A DNA stretch of 60,745 bases from an uncultured bacterium (lineage in GTDB: Bacteria > Patescibacteriota > Minisyncoccia > Moranbacterales > UBA2206), in the NCBI GenBank assembly GCA_903937035.1, contig CAIZXS010000005.1, positions 1-60,745 on the forward strand. The letters run 5' to 3'. The position numbers and the translations under genes were made by a program. Positions within the stretch are counted from its first letter, which is position 1. The number at the start of each line of letters is the position of its first letter. The notes beneath the pieces are model-generated. The model worked only from the letters and a program-made list of their open reading frames with translations. It did no database searches and was not told the origin of the DNA. Below are positions 18,611 through 28,984 of the stretch, piece after piece.

Positions 18611-20779
18611 TTATTCTATTTTTCTAATCGGTGCTAAAGAACTGGAAAGTTTTTTTAGTCCCACAGCCTTGAAAGCCACAGTAATGATGTCGCCCTGAGA
18701 AGAAATCACTAGTCCTTCACCAAATTTTTCATGACTAATGCGTTCTCCACCTTTATAGCAGACTTTCATTCCGACAAGAACGGTTTTTTTTCTTTCTCCC
18801 ATAAACTTCTGTGCGCAAGCATTAATCATCGACAGCTCCGCGTTTTCCACCAGTTCGGCCGGAATATCATCTAAAAAGCGCGAGGGAGCATTAATTTGCG
18901 TTGAACCATAGATCGTGCGCATCTTAGTGAAAAGAAGATAAACTTTTTGTTTGGCACGCGTAATACCAACATACATCAGGCGCCTTTCTTCCTCCATTTC
19001 CACTTCCGAAAGCATACTGCGAGAATGAGGCAAGATTCCTTCTTCTAATCCAATAATGAAAACGTACTGGAATTCAAGACCCTTGGCGCTATGAAGAGTC
19101 ATTAAATGAACAGCTTCGCTCGATTGATCTATACTGTCAGTATCAGCAACTAAAGCCACTTCCTCCAAGAAAAGTCGCAGACCTTCGCCATCAGGAAATT
19201 TGTCATACTTCTTCGCAACAGTAAGAAGTTCACGCACATTTTCAGCGCGCATTTGCCCCTCATCGGTACCATCAAGCAATTGCCGCTCATAACCACTTTT
19301 TAGAAAAACATCCTGGATGAAATCCGCGAGAGTCAGATCAGCCCTCACATCGTGCATTTTATTTATAAACTGGCAAAATTTGGCTATATTATCGAGCTTA
19401 GTCTTTATAATTTTCGTGCTGACCCCTTTCGATTGATCCGAAATCATGAGTCCAGCCGTTATCAAATCAAGCTCATTAATCTTTGCGAAAGACACCCATT
19501 TCTCAACCGTTTTGTTACCAATCCCTCTTTTTGGCTCATTAATGATTCGTTCAAGAGAAATCTCATCATTAAAATTTTGAATTAAGCGAAGATAGGCGAT
19601 AATATCCTTAATTTCTTTTCTTTGATAAAACTTTAACCCACCAATAATCCGATAGGGAATCGAATCGCCCAGCATAGCCTCTTCAATAATTCTCGATTGA
19701 GCGTTTGTTCTGTAGAGAACAACAATGTTGTTCAACTTTATGCCCTTATTTCGCAAGGATATAACCTCGGAAACAATAAATTGCGCCTCGTCACTCTCAT
19801 CATCCGCTTCATATGAAACAAGCAATTGCCCAGCCTTATTATCTGTCCAAATTTTTTTATCTTTGCGATTAATATTTTTGGAAATAACCCCATAGGCGGC
19901 GTCCAGTATTTGCTGAGTTGAGCGATAATTTTGCTCCAATTTAATCACTTTTGCTGCCGGATAATCCTTCTCGAAATCGAGAATGTTTTGGATATTGGCT
20001 CCACGCCAAGAATAAATCCCTTGCCAATCATCACCTACAACGCAAATGTTTTTATTTTTATCTGCAAGCATTTTTATGAGAACATACTGAGCATGATTAG
20101 TATCCTGATATTCATCTACCATAATATAATGGAAAATATTTTGATATTTTTGGAGCACTTCTGGATACGACTGAAAAATCTGCACCAAAAGCATGAGAAT
20201 GTCATCAAAGTCCAAAGCGTTATTCTTTTTGAGTCTTTCCTGATAAGCAAGATAAACTTTCGACACGACATCTTCCCAATATCCACCAACTGCCGCTTGA
20301 AACATTTTCGCGTCAATCAATTCATTTTTAGCCTTAGAGATTGCCCCTAAAATACTCTGCGGACGAAATTGGGTCGGATCGACGCCCAATTCTTTCATTG
20401 TTTTTTTCACAAGGCTCTGCTGATCCTGAGAATCAAAAATATTAAAATTGCTTTCAAATCCAATTTTTCCAATTTCCGCGCGTAAAAGTCTTGCGCAAAT
20501 TGAATGAAAAGTACCTACCAGTGGGAGGCTGCCCTTAAAATTATGCTCTGCGAGCAACTGAGCAATTCGTTCTTGCATCTCTTTCGCCGCTTTATTTGTA
20601 AAGGTGACGGCCAGAATTTTCCCTGGTCGCACGCCTTTATCGCAAATTAAATAGGCCGTGCGAAAAGTCAACGCTCGAGTTTTCCCCGAACCAGCGCCCG
20701 CAATAACAAGAACTGGCCCTTCAGTCGTTTCCACCGCCTCTCTTTGCGAAATATTAAGGTTTTCTAAAATATTAGTCAT
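18611..20779 (-). CDS. pcrA: ATP-dependent DNA helicase PcrA/UvrD
   Basis: AGAGSGKT, TFTNKAA, VDEYQDTN, QNYRS, TLHSAKGLEF and EERRLMYVGITRA. Confidence 0.96.
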   Translation of the reverse strand: MTNILENLNISQREAVETTEGPVLVIAGAGSGKTRALTFRTAYLICDKGVRPGKILAVTFTNKAAKEMQERIAQLLAEHNFKGSLPLVGTFHSICARLLRAEIGKIGFESNFNIFDSQDQQSLVKKTMKELGVDPTQFRPQSILGAISKAKNELIDAKMFQAAVGGYWEDVVSKVYLAYQERLKKNNALDFDDILMLLVQIFQSYPEVLQKYQNIFHYIMVDEYQDTNHAQYVLIKMLADKNKNICVVGDDWQGIYSWRGANIQNILDFEKDYPAAKVIKLEQNYRSTQQILDAAYGVISKNINRKDKKIWTDNKAGQLLVSYEADDESDEAQFIVSEVISLRNKGIKLNNIVVLYRTNAQSRIIEEAMLGDSIPYRIIGGLKFYQRKEIKDIIAYLRLIQNFNDEISLERIINEPKRGIGNKTVEKWVSFAKINELDLITAGLMISDQSKGVSTKIIKTKLDNIAKFCQFINKMHDVRADLTLADFIQDVFLKSGYERQLLDGTDEGQMRAENVRELLTVAKKYDKFPDGEGLRLFLEEVALVADTDSIDQSSEAVHLMTLHSAKGLEFQYVFIIGLEEGILPHSRSMLSEVEMEEERRLMYVGITRAKQKVYLLFTKMRTIYGSTQINAPSRFLDDIPAELVENAELSMINACAQKFMGERKKTVLVGMKVCYKGGERISHEKFGEGLVISSQGDIITVAFKAVGLKKLSSSLAPIRKIE

Positions 20780-20811
20780 AAAAGTATTGTAGCACAGGAA
20801 ATCAAAACGGA

Positions 20812-20835
20812 TAGAGACGCAAGATTTTGCGTCTC
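20812..20835. repeat. GTAG-type REP-like palindrome
   Basis: TAGAGACGCAAGATTTTGCGTCTC, same family as 1276-1409 and 32674-32698. Confidence 0.65.
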
Positions 20836-20980
20836 CGGGGGAACCATTTTATATAAAACAATACCAAAAAAATGGACACACACTCAAAAACGTGCTATAC
20901 TAAACATGGTAATCTGAAAAGGCGGGTGAAAATTCCTGTCTTTTTTGTTTTTTAATTCAAAATTCAATAAACATAAAAAT

Positions 20981-21916
20981 ATGAAAAATTTAGTGGAGGG
21001 GGCGATGGGAATGGCTAAAGAAATAAAAAAATCCGTCCAAGAAAAATGGAAGATGTTTAAGGAAAAATTCGACGGCACAAAAAATGAAATGGCGAAAGAA
21101 GTGGCGCAAGCCGAATCACCAGAAGACCTAATCGCAGCAGGGGAAAAACTCATAGAGCAAGGCAAAGCGTTAAAAGCAGAAAAGCAAGAAGTGCAAGAAG
21201 AGGAAAACTTCGAGAAAGAGGGCAATCTAGCAGAAGAAGAGTTAGCAGTAACTGGAAATAATGAAAGGATTAGTGAATCAATAGATAAGGGGGAGCGAAT
21301 AGCAGCCCAAGATACAGCCGAAAAACAAGCGACGTGGGAAGAAGAAAAAAAGACAGCTGCGGAATATGCCGCAAAAAGCAAAGCGTCTGATGAGGCTAAA
21401 ATAGCCAAGACTCTGGCAAAATTGAACGTAGAAAAATCAGAATCTACGTCAGCAGAAAAAACTGAAGCAGTAAAACCTGAAAAAGCAGAGCCAGCAAAAC
21501 AAGAAAGTATTAAAAATGACCCGGAATATAAACAGCTTAAACTTGCTTTCGATGAGCGTAACAGAGGAAATTATAGCGCAGCGGCAGAAGAAAGATGGGA
21601 AGACCTCTCAAGAGAATTATTGCCAAAACTTAACACTATCGCAGATATCAAGGAGGCAGAATTTCATCTATCTGGAAAAGAAAAGGATATTGCAAAAGAT
21701 AGATGGGATGAGCTTTCTGAAAAAGAAGTTCAGGGAGCAAATTCGGAAGAAGAAATGCTAGAAGCTGTAAAAAATATCCGTAGCGGTGGATATGCAGAAT
21801 TGTTAAACCTAAAAGAGCAGGCATTTAATAAATTCCCGAACTTGAAAAAGCACTTTCCTCATAACTTCTCGCGTTCAGATTTTAGATATTTATCAGATAT
21901 TGAAGATGGTGATTAG
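20981..21916 (+). CDS. charged coiled-coil hypothetical protein
   Basis: Long E/K/A-rich ORF, ATG 20981, followed by the hairpin AAGAGCAGGTT-TTAC-AACCTGCTCTT. Confidence 0.7.
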   Translation: MKNLVEGAMGMAKEIKKSVQEKWKMFKEKFDGTKNEMAKEVAQAESPEDLIAAGEKLIEQGKALKAEKQEVQEEENFEKEGNLAEEELAVTGNNERISESIDKGERIAAQDTAEKQATWEEEKKTAAEYAAKSKASDEAKIAKTLAKLNVEKSESTSAEKTEAVKPEKAEPAKQESIKNDPEYKQLKLAFDERNRGNYSAAAEERWEDLSRELLPKLNTIADIKEAEFHLSGKEKDIAKDRWDELSEKEVQGANSEEEMLEAVKNIRSGGYAELLNLKEQAFNKFPNLKKHFPHNFSRSDFRYLSDIEDGD

Positions 21917-22187
21917 CAAGAACTTCGTGCAAATTAGTTAGGCACTACCAAAAATTCACCGAAACCCTAATTTGGCAAGAGCAGGTTTTACAACCTGCTC
22001 TTTTAATTTTCTTTCTTGCTAGATTGGATGAGCTTAGAGAGTTTTTTAATTTTCTTGCCATAATCACAAAAATCTCACAAAATTTGCCAAAAACCCAATT
22101 CTGGTCTATAGTTATTCTATAATAATTTATCATTAGCAAACATCAGTTGACGCATAGACGCAACTTCTGTTTTGCCTCAAAAACGCT

Positions 22188-22457
22188 ATGGCTCTCACAG
22201 GAAAGCAAAAAGCAAAAGTAACCGGCGATGTCAAAAGACACGAAAAAGACACTGGCTCACCAGAATATCAAGTCGCTCTTTTCACCGAACAAATCAAGAA
22301 ATTAACCGCTCATCTCAAGAAAAATGCCAAAGATTTTCATTCCCGCCGCGGACTTCTGAAAATGGTATCAAAAAGAAAGCGCCTTCTCGACTACTTGAAA
22401 AAAACTAATGAGAAAAGCTATAAGGCCTTGATTAAGAAATTGGAACTCAAGGGCTAA
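22188..22457 (+). CDS. rpsO: 30S ribosomal protein S15
   Basis: DTGSPEYQVA and KDFHSRRGLLKMVSKRKRLLDYL. Confidence 0.97.
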   Translation: MALTGKQKAKVTGDVKRHEKDTGSPEYQVALFTEQIKKLTAHLKKNAKDFHSRRGLLKMVSKRKRLLDYLKKTNEKSYKALIKKLELKG

Positions 22458-22515
22458 ACATTACTAATGCAAGACATATTAAGTCTTGCATTTTAGTTTC
22501 ATCCTCCATTTTTTA

Positions 22516-22641
22516 TCATCCTGAGCGAAGCCTAAGGATCTGCCATGAGCTATCCTAAGCATAGCTATAATTGCAAAGTTTACGATAACAGTGAGTAGAT
22601 CCTTCGACTTCGTCCGAGTACGGACTTCGCTCAGGATGACA
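22516..22641. repeat. inverted pair of TCATCCTGAGCGAAG..AAGGATCT repeats with a nested hairpin
   Basis: 22516-22541 TCATCCTGAGCGAAGCCTAAGGATCT; 22597-22641 AGATCCTTCGACTTC[GTCCGAGTACGGACTTC]GCTCAGGATGACA. Confidence 0.75.
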
Positions 22642-22675
22642 CCTCTTTTTTTATTAACAAATAAACAAAAACATT

Positions 22676-23173
22676 ATGAGCATTTACAAAGAACAACGCA
22701 TTGGTGTTTTAGTGGACATTCAAAATCTTTATTACAGTGCCAAGGTGCTTTATCAAAAAAAAGTTAACTTTGATCAGGTTCTGAAATCGGCTGTTGGCGA
22801 CAGAAAACTAATCCGCGCCATCGCCTATGGAATCAAAACTCTCGAAGGCCAAGAAGAAAAGTTTTTTGACGCATTGGAAAAAGTTGGTTATGAAGTCAAA
22901 ACCAAGGATCTACAAATCTTCCCAGGCGGAGCTAAAAAAGGAGATTGGGATGTAGGAATTGCTGTAGACGCCATCAAAATGTCTAAAACGCTCGACGCAA
23001 TAGTATTAGTTTCCGGCGATGGCGATTACATTCCACTAGTAAAATACATCCAATCAACAACTGGTTGTCGCGTTGAAGGAGTGGCCTTTATGGAATCAAC
23101 GAGCAACAAGTTAGTTGAGGAATTGGATAATTTCATCAACTTAAGTGAAAACAAGAAAAAATATTTAATCTAG
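22676..23173 (+). CDS. NYN/LabA (DUF88) PIN-like domain protein
   Basis: VDIQNLY, KGDWDVGIAVD and LVSGDGDY. Confidence 0.9.
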   Translation: MSIYKEQRIGVLVDIQNLYYSAKVLYQKKVNFDQVLKSAVGDRKLIRAIAYGIKTLEGQEEKFFDALEKVGYEVKTKDLQIFPGGAKKGDWDVGIAVDAIKMSKTLDAIVLVSGDGDYIPLVKYIQSTTGCRVEGVAFMESTSNKLVEELDNFINLSENKKKYLI

Positions 23174-23185
23174 CAATAAAACAGT

Positions 23186-23545
23186 ATGTATTTAGCCATT
23201 CCTGTTTTTTTTGGCCTATTCATTCTTTTTTTTAATTTTTTCAGATACCCTTTCTTCTTATCATTATTCATGACCCAAATGATCACGGGGTCTTTTTTTC
23301 TACTGATCCAGGGAAGGCTACTACAAGCCGTATTATATTTTTTCCTCTGGTCATTTGCTCTTTCTATTTATGAAGATGGCCGGCGACTTGATGTTAGGTT
23401 TAAATTTTGGCTTGCATTGCTTGCGTTAATCCTCCCTATCATTGGCATCCCGCTGTATCTACTACTTAGAAATAAGCTAAGTAGAAAAATTGGGAAAACT
23501 ATAAAATCCGAAGATGGAAAAATAACTTTTTTCAATAAACAATAA
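23186..23545 (+). CDS. small membrane protein
   Basis: Hydrophobic, with a C-terminal FWLALLALILPIIGIPLYLL hairpin of PLDc_N-like character. Confidence 0.55.
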   Translation: MYLAIPVFFGLFILFFNFFRYPFFLSLFMTQMITGSFFLLIQGRLLQAVLYFFLWSFALSIYEDGRRLDVRFKFWLALLALILPIIGIPLYLLLRNKLSRKIGKTIKSEDGKITFFNKQ

Positions 23546-23596
23546 CCACCATCACACCGCCAAAACGAAAAAAGGAGCTGTGAGGTAACCACCAAA

Positions 23597-24031
23597 ATGA
23601 ACGAACTAAATATTTCAAATGGACAAACATTGGCTGGGGGACCAATTATCGGAATAATCATTCTTTCCTTGTTAATCTTTTTTTTAGCCTACTATATCTA
23701 TATGTCTATTTGCTATTATAAGATAGCAAAAAAAACTGACACTCCAGATGCTTGGTTTGCCTGGATTCCGATTCTCGATATGCTACTAGCCCTTCAGATT
23801 GCCAAAAAACCGACCTGGTGGATTATTTGGTTTTTCGTCCCGCTAGCAAATATAATTACCTATATCTTAGTTTGGATGGGGATTTCAAAAACCCTAGAAA
23901 AACAAGAATGGCTGGGTGTTCTCATGATTATCTCCCCAATTAACCTCATAATCCCTGGTTATTTAGCTTTTTCCGAAACAGCAAAACCACTAACAATACA
24001 GGCGATACAAACACCACCAAGAATTGTTTAA
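23597..24031 (+). CDS. membrane protein (DUF5684-like)
   Basis: IAKKT...AWFAWIPI...IAKKPTWW pattern with TM helices. Confidence 0.7.
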   Translation: MNELNISNGQTLAGGPIIGIIILSLLIFFLAYYIYMSICYYKIAKKTDTPDAWFAWIPILDMLLALQIAKKPTWWIIWFFVPLANIITYILVWMGISKTLEKQEWLGVLMIISPINLIIPGYLAFSETAKPLTIQAIQTPPRIV

Positions 24032-24300
24032 AAAACATTTCGATGACTCGCATAAAAAACCCCGCTAGGGGATTTTTATTTTTCCTCAAATTAGCCAAAA
24101 ACTTGCTAAAACCCTCAAAACAAGCTAGACTTGAATAGTTAATAATTTATAGAAGTCCCGTTTTAAAGCGCAAATACGCCAATGTATGAGGATTTATGAA
24201 TTAAGGCCTACAACAATTGCGGTCCTCAATTCGTAAATCATCGTCATACGCCACACATTATTGGTCAACCTTAGCGCCCAATTTGACTTCAAACAATAGA

Positions 24301-26409
24301 ATGGATCAAAAAAAATGGTCACTCCAAATCGGAGGACGAATTTTAGAGGTTGAGACTGGCCTGTTGGCCGGACAGGCTAATGGCGCCGTCACCGTGCGCT
24401 ATGGTGACACAGTTGTGCTCGCAACAGCTGTTATGAGCAAAAAGGCCTCACGAATCAGCGGATATTTTCCTCTGATGGTAGATTTTGAAGAACGTTATTA
24501 TGCAGCCGGAAAAATCAAAGGCTCACGCTTTATTAAGCGTGAAGGTCGCCCTTCAGACGATGCTGTCCTTTCCGGACGAGCAGTTGATCGCACAGTTCGA
24601 CCACTTTTCAATCACCGCATGAGAAATGATGTGCAAGTAATCGTTACCGTACTCTCCTATGACGGAGAAAACGATCCAGATACACTGGCAATTATTGCCG
24701 CTTCAACAGCGCTTGCTATTTCCAATATTCCTTGGAATGGTCCAGTCGCAGCTGTAAGGGTTGGCAAGACTAATAATGAATTCGTACTTAACCCAGTCAC
24801 TAATGGAGAATTGGCAGAAGGAGAATTAGACCTTTTGATTTCTGGTAGTATCGACAAGGTTAATATGATTGAAAGTGGAGCGATGGAAATTTCCGAAGAA
24901 GAAATGCTTCGCGCTTTCACTTTTGGACAAGAAGCAATCAAGAAAATTGTTGGTTTTATCCTGGAAATCCAAAAAGAAGTGGGGAAAGTTAAAAGTGCCC
25001 CAGCGCTTGTAGCGGGAACGCCTGAATTTGAAGCTAAGGTCAAAGAAATTCTACTTTCAGAGAATCTTGCCGAAGCCCTTTATGACAAGGACAAAAAGGT
25101 AATTGAAGATAAGATGAGCGCAATTCAAGACAAAGTTAAGGAATATATCAAAGCAACGTTTCCAGAAGAAGTGGACAAATTGAAAGAAGTAGCTGAAATT
25201 GTCTTTGAAGAAGTGTCTGATGAAATTGTGCACAAAAATATCCTCGAAAAAGAACTAAGACCAGACTCAAGACGACTAGACGAAATCCGTCATATTGAGT
25301 GTCGCACAGGAATTTTGCCAAGAACTCATGGCACAGGACTTTTCACTCGCGGAGAAACTCAAGCCCTCACAGTAACTACACTTGGCTCACCTGGAGATCA
25401 ACAAATCATTGACACTATGGAGGTTGATATGAAAAAACGCTATATCCATCACTATAATTTTCCGCCATATTCTGTTGGCGAGGTCCGTCCAATGAGAGGC
25501 CCCGGAAGGCGTGAGGTTGGTCATGGAGCTCTAGCTGAAAAAGCGCTCGTGCCAGTTTTGCCTTCCAAGGAAGATTTTCCCTACACAATTCTTTTGGTTT
25601 CAGAAATTCTCTCTTCCAACGGCTCCTCTTCAATGGCTTCCACTTGCGGTTCGACTCTTTCGCTGATGGATGCTGGTGTACCAATCAAACGTCCAGTTTC
25701 TGGCATTGCCATGGGAATTATTGTTGGAAAAGATGATAAATTCAAAATCCTCACTGACATCCAAGGATTGGAAGATCACTACGGTGACATGGACTTCAAA
25801 GTAGCTGGTACAGAAAAAGGCATCACTGCTATGCAAATGGATGTGAAAGTGGACGGAGTCACATTGGAAATGCTTTCTGCTGTTCTCACACAGTCCCACC
25901 AAAATCGCATGGAAATTTTAAAAAAGATTACAGACACACTTCCAGCCCCTCGAGTTGAAATGTCTCAATATGCCCCAAGGATTATCACAATGCAAATCAA
26001 TCCTGAAAAAATCAGAAACGTTATTGGCTCTGGTGGAAAGATTATCAATGAAATCATCGACCAAACTGGCGTACAAATCGATATTGAGGATAGCGGCATG
26101 ATTTTTATCACTTCTCCTGATCAAGTTTCCGCTACAAAAGCGAAACAATGGATTGACAACCTCACTCATGAAGTAAAAGCTGGAGAACTCTTCAACGCGA
26201 AAGTGACTCGCATCATGGCCTTTGGCGCATTCGCTGAAATTCTCCCAGGACAAGAGGGATTAATTCATGTTTCTGAAATCTCAGACCGAAGAATCGAAAA
26301 AGTTGAAGACGTATTAAGCGTTGGGGATATCATTGCAGTCAAGGTGAAAGAGATTGATTCACAAGGACGCATTAACCTATCCGCCAGAATGGCAAAGCAA
26401 CCTGAATAA
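24301..26409 (+). CDS. pnp: polyribonucleotide nucleotidyltransferase
   Basis: ETGLLAGQANG, FPLMVDFEE, FTRGETQ, SNGSSSMAS, GDMDFKVAG, plus KH and S1 domains. Start ATG 24301. Confidence 0.98.
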   Translation: MDQKKWSLQIGGRILEVETGLLAGQANGAVTVRYGDTVVLATAVMSKKASRISGYFPLMVDFEERYYAAGKIKGSRFIKREGRPSDDAVLSGRAVDRTVRPLFNHRMRNDVQVIVTVLSYDGENDPDTLAIIAASTALAISNIPWNGPVAAVRVGKTNNEFVLNPVTNGELAEGELDLLISGSIDKVNMIESGAMEISEEEMLRAFTFGQEAIKKIVGFILEIQKEVGKVKSAPALVAGTPEFEAKVKEILLSENLAEALYDKDKKVIEDKMSAIQDKVKEYIKATFPEEVDKLKEVAEIVFEEVSDEIVHKNILEKELRPDSRRLDEIRHIECRTGILPRTHGTGLFTRGETQALTVTTLGSPGDQQIIDTMEVDMKKRYIHHYNFPPYSVGEVRPMRGPGRREVGHGALAEKALVPVLPSKEDFPYTILLVSEILSSNGSSSMASTCGSTLSLMDAGVPIKRPVSGIAMGIIVGKDDKFKILTDIQGLEDHYGDMDFKVAGTEKGITAMQMDVKVDGVTLEMLSAVLTQSHQNRMEILKKITDTLPAPRVEMSQYAPRIITMQINPEKIRNVIGSGGKIINEIIDQTGVQIDIEDSGMIFITSPDQVSATKAKQWIDNLTHEVKAGELFNAKVTRIMAFGAFAEILPGQEGLIHVSEISDRRIEKVEDVLSVGDIIAVKVKEIDSQGRINLSARMAKQPE

Positions 26410-26440
26410 AAATTAGTCAAAAATCGAATTATGTTTTATA

Positions 26441-26475
26441 ATAGAAGCGGATAAACTCCCGCTTCTATTTTTTTT
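26441..26475 (+). terminator. intrinsic terminator after pnp
   Basis: ATAGAAGCGG-ATAAACTC-CCGCTTCTAT followed by a T-tract. Confidence 0.8.
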
Positions 26476-26617
26476 GTTTGTTTTGTTTCTGATCATTTTC
26501 TAAATTTTGATTTTAATATCCAGAATCATTCTAATAACACATAAATAGCTTAATAAAAAACACTCTCCGCGTTGCAATTATAAACATAAAGCGATGGGGG
26601 ATAAAAAATAAAAAAAC

Positions 26618-27811
26618 ATGTTCGGCTTAACAAAAAATGATTCTCAAAATCCACTAGGCGCAAAAAATAATACTCAGCCAGGCTCAAGCCCGGTAAACAA
26701 TTTCAACTTTGCTGATGCGCCGATTCACACGATGCAAGACGATCTAGAGAAAATAAAAAATCCCAACGCTACAATTACCGACAGAGCCCAAGCAACAGCT
26801 CCAAAACAAGGCACTAGTCCATTTTCTGTTCCCATGAACGAAAACTCTCAAGCATTCAATCAACTAGAGAACAACTCAGCCAGAGCAAAAATAATTGACA
26901 AAGAAAGTAGCCAATCTTTCTTGAAAACAAGTGGAAGATTTGACGCTGCGAATCTATTTAACAAATCTAATCCAAAGGATGCTGGATCAAATCTAAAAGC
27001 CGCCGCCAATACTCAGATTGACCGACGCTTTATGGCCTTCTCAGTCCTTTCCGTTGTATTGCTAATAGCCCTAACTGCAGCTGGATTTCACTTTTTTAAT
27101 AACAAATCTGATCCACCAGAAGAAGAAATAATAATACCAATTGAAGAGCCAACGCAACCAATCGTAACGCCCATCGAAAAGCCAATCCCAACTCCAAAAC
27201 CCACATTTTCATTTTCAGAAACTAATCCCAACTATCTCCGAGTAGAAAATGGGGCCTTAATTGGAGATAAAATCAAATCAACGATGGGACAAGTGTCACA
27301 AGAAGGATATGTGCCACCGATTGAATTCATCATGACCGATACACAAAATAAGCCCATCACATTTAAAGCTTTTTCCGAATTACTCTCCATTAAGCTTTCC
27401 CCATTGGTCTTGGAGTCATTAAGCGATAATTTCAGCCTGTTCGTGTACAATGACCTTGCGGGACCAAAAGTTGGCATTGCCGTTGAATCAAAAAACGACA
27501 CCAATCTAGGAAAAGCACTCGCTCAAGAAGAAGCTGCAATGGCCGATGAAATCAATCCGCTATTTTTCAACAATAACTATAATAAAGCGAAGCTATTCAA
27601 TAGCAGTGAATACGGCGGAGCGAAGATTCGTTATCAAAATATAATTTCGCCAGAAATGCTATCAATTGATTATTCGATCTACAAAAATAAATTTCTAATT
27701 GGAACCACTAAATTAACGATGAGAGCAATTATCGACAGACTCAATAACATATCAGCAACTAGGCAAACCGAAACTATTCCACCAGTAACGGGAAAAACAA
27801 CCAACAATTAA
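26618..27811 (+). CDS. single-pass membrane hypothetical protein
   Basis: Disordered N-terminus (IHTMQDDL), one TM helix, Pro-rich linker and a globular C-domain. Confidence 0.75.
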   Translation: MFGLTKNDSQNPLGAKNNTQPGSSPVNNFNFADAPIHTMQDDLEKIKNPNATITDRAQATAPKQGTSPFSVPMNENSQAFNQLENNSARAKIIDKESSQSFLKTSGRFDAANLFNKSNPKDAGSNLKAAANTQIDRRFMAFSVLSVVLLIALTAAGFHFFNNKSDPPEEEIIIPIEEPTQPIVTPIEKPIPTPKPTFSFSETNPNYLRVENGALIGDKIKSTMGQVSQEGYVPPIEFIMTDTQNKPITFKAFSELLSIKLSPLVLESLSDNFSLFVYNDLAGPKVGIAVESKNDTNLGKALAQEEAAMADEINPLFFNNNYNKAKLFNSSEYGGAKIRYQNIISPEMLSIDYSIYKNKFLIGTTKLTMRAIIDRLNNISATRQTETIPPVTGKTTNN

Positions 27812-27955
27812 TATTACCTGCTCACTTGAGGCTCAGATAAAAGATAATTAAATAAATTACTTTAATAATTCTATAAAATTAGCATAAAACCATCAATCTT
27901 TTCGGAATTTTCCAAAGTCGAACCACTCAGCGTTTAAGCCAAATCATATTTTGCA

Positions 27956-27984
27956 TTGACCCAACACTTTTTTCCTGCTATAAT
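27956..27984 (+). promoter_or_regulatory. strong sigma70-type promoter with no downstream CDS
   Basis: TTGACC-N17-TATAAT with extended -10 TG. Confidence 0.75.
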
Positions 27985-27990
27985 ATATAT

Positions 27991-28565
27991 ATTGATCGTT
28001 AAAAACTCGCCAGTCGGAACGGTAAAACAATTTTCAATCGCAATTTCCCCCTATCTGCGATTGAAAATTGTTTTACTGTTCAAGTGTTTCGATCATCGCA
28101 TCGAAGCCGCTCTGATCTCTAACATCAGAGACCCCAAAATAAAAACAAAAATTGGTATGTCCGCTTAGGAGAATAAATAAGTTATTAATCTAAGAGGACA
28201 TGCCAAAAATTTTTCTTAAAAATAAAAATAAAAAGAAAAATCACTAGCATTGTCTAGACTGTACCTTAAATTCAAAGGTGAAAATTCACCAGAGAATGGT
28301 AAAACAACATTCCCAAGAAGTTAGACTGGGGATAAACTTGCGTCATACACATAAAATACAGGCGTGTTATGACATTCATGCCACTCACCCGGCTAAGATG
28401 TCTCCGCACCACCTGTTAGTATATGACAAACACTCGGGGCGTTTAAGCCAAATTTATTTTTTATTGGGCGTCGAACGCCCTGGGTTTCCATACCTTATGA
28501 GAATCCGGGGAGAATATTAATAATAAACACGCGCGAAGAGGCACCAAAGAAAGGGTGTTTTTTTT
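27991..28565 (+). ncRNA. candidate large structured non-coding RNA (~570 nt)
   Basis: Promoter upstream, about 10 successive hairpins with G-U pairs consistent with the + strand, a long-range helix and a terminator-like end. No credible ORF. Confidence 0.6.
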
Positions 28566-28597
28566 GTTTTCAAAAAAACATTTGCTATAATATCAAT

Positions 28598-28984
28598 ATG
28601 GCAATAACTCAAAAAAAATCCCTTGGAAACCTAGGCGAAACTATTTCCGCCAACTTTCTCAAAAACAAAGGCTATGAAATAATCGCGCTTAATTATACCA
28701 ACCCAAACGGACGCCAATTGGGAGAAATCGATATTATTGCCAAGGACACAAAAAAAGATGAATTTGTTTTTGTAGAAGTAAAGGCAAGGGAAATGCAAAA
28801 ATTTCTTCACACCAACCCAGAAGAAAACGTCAACTATCACAAACTCCAGAAATTGGACAAGATTGCCTATTTCTATCTCAAACTCAATAATCTCACAGGG
28901 CATAGTTATCGCTTTGACATAATTGCCGTGTGGATTGACTTAAACACTCGAAGAGCAAAAATTAAGCACATTGAGTCTATATAG
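28598..28984 (+). CDS. yraN: YraN/UPF0102 family PD-(D/E)xK nuclease
   Basis: LGNLGE..FL..KGY.II..N, GEIDIIA, VFVEVK.R and RFDII. Confidence 0.9.
   Translation: MAITQKKSLGNLGETISANFLKNKGYEIIALNYTNPNGRQLGEIDIIAKDTKKDEFVFVEVKAREMQKFLHTNPEENVNYHKLQKLDKIAYFYLKLNNLTGHSYRFDIIAVWIDLNTRRAKIKHIESI

Noticed and set aside
24217-24300. N-terminal extension of PNPase
   Set aside because: It starts at TTG in the leader; PNPase similarity begins at ATG 24301.
27956-28520. ORFs 27956-28168 and 28278-28520 as proteins
   Set aside because: Non-ATG starts (the first is the -35 box itself), no motifs, and the region is better explained by RNA helices.
27991-28565. RNase P RNA, tmRNA, SRP RNA or group I intron identity for the structured region
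   Set aside because: No GAGGAAAGTCC, no tRNA-like ends and no convincing P7 elements or host gene by eye. A formal Rfam search is still needed.
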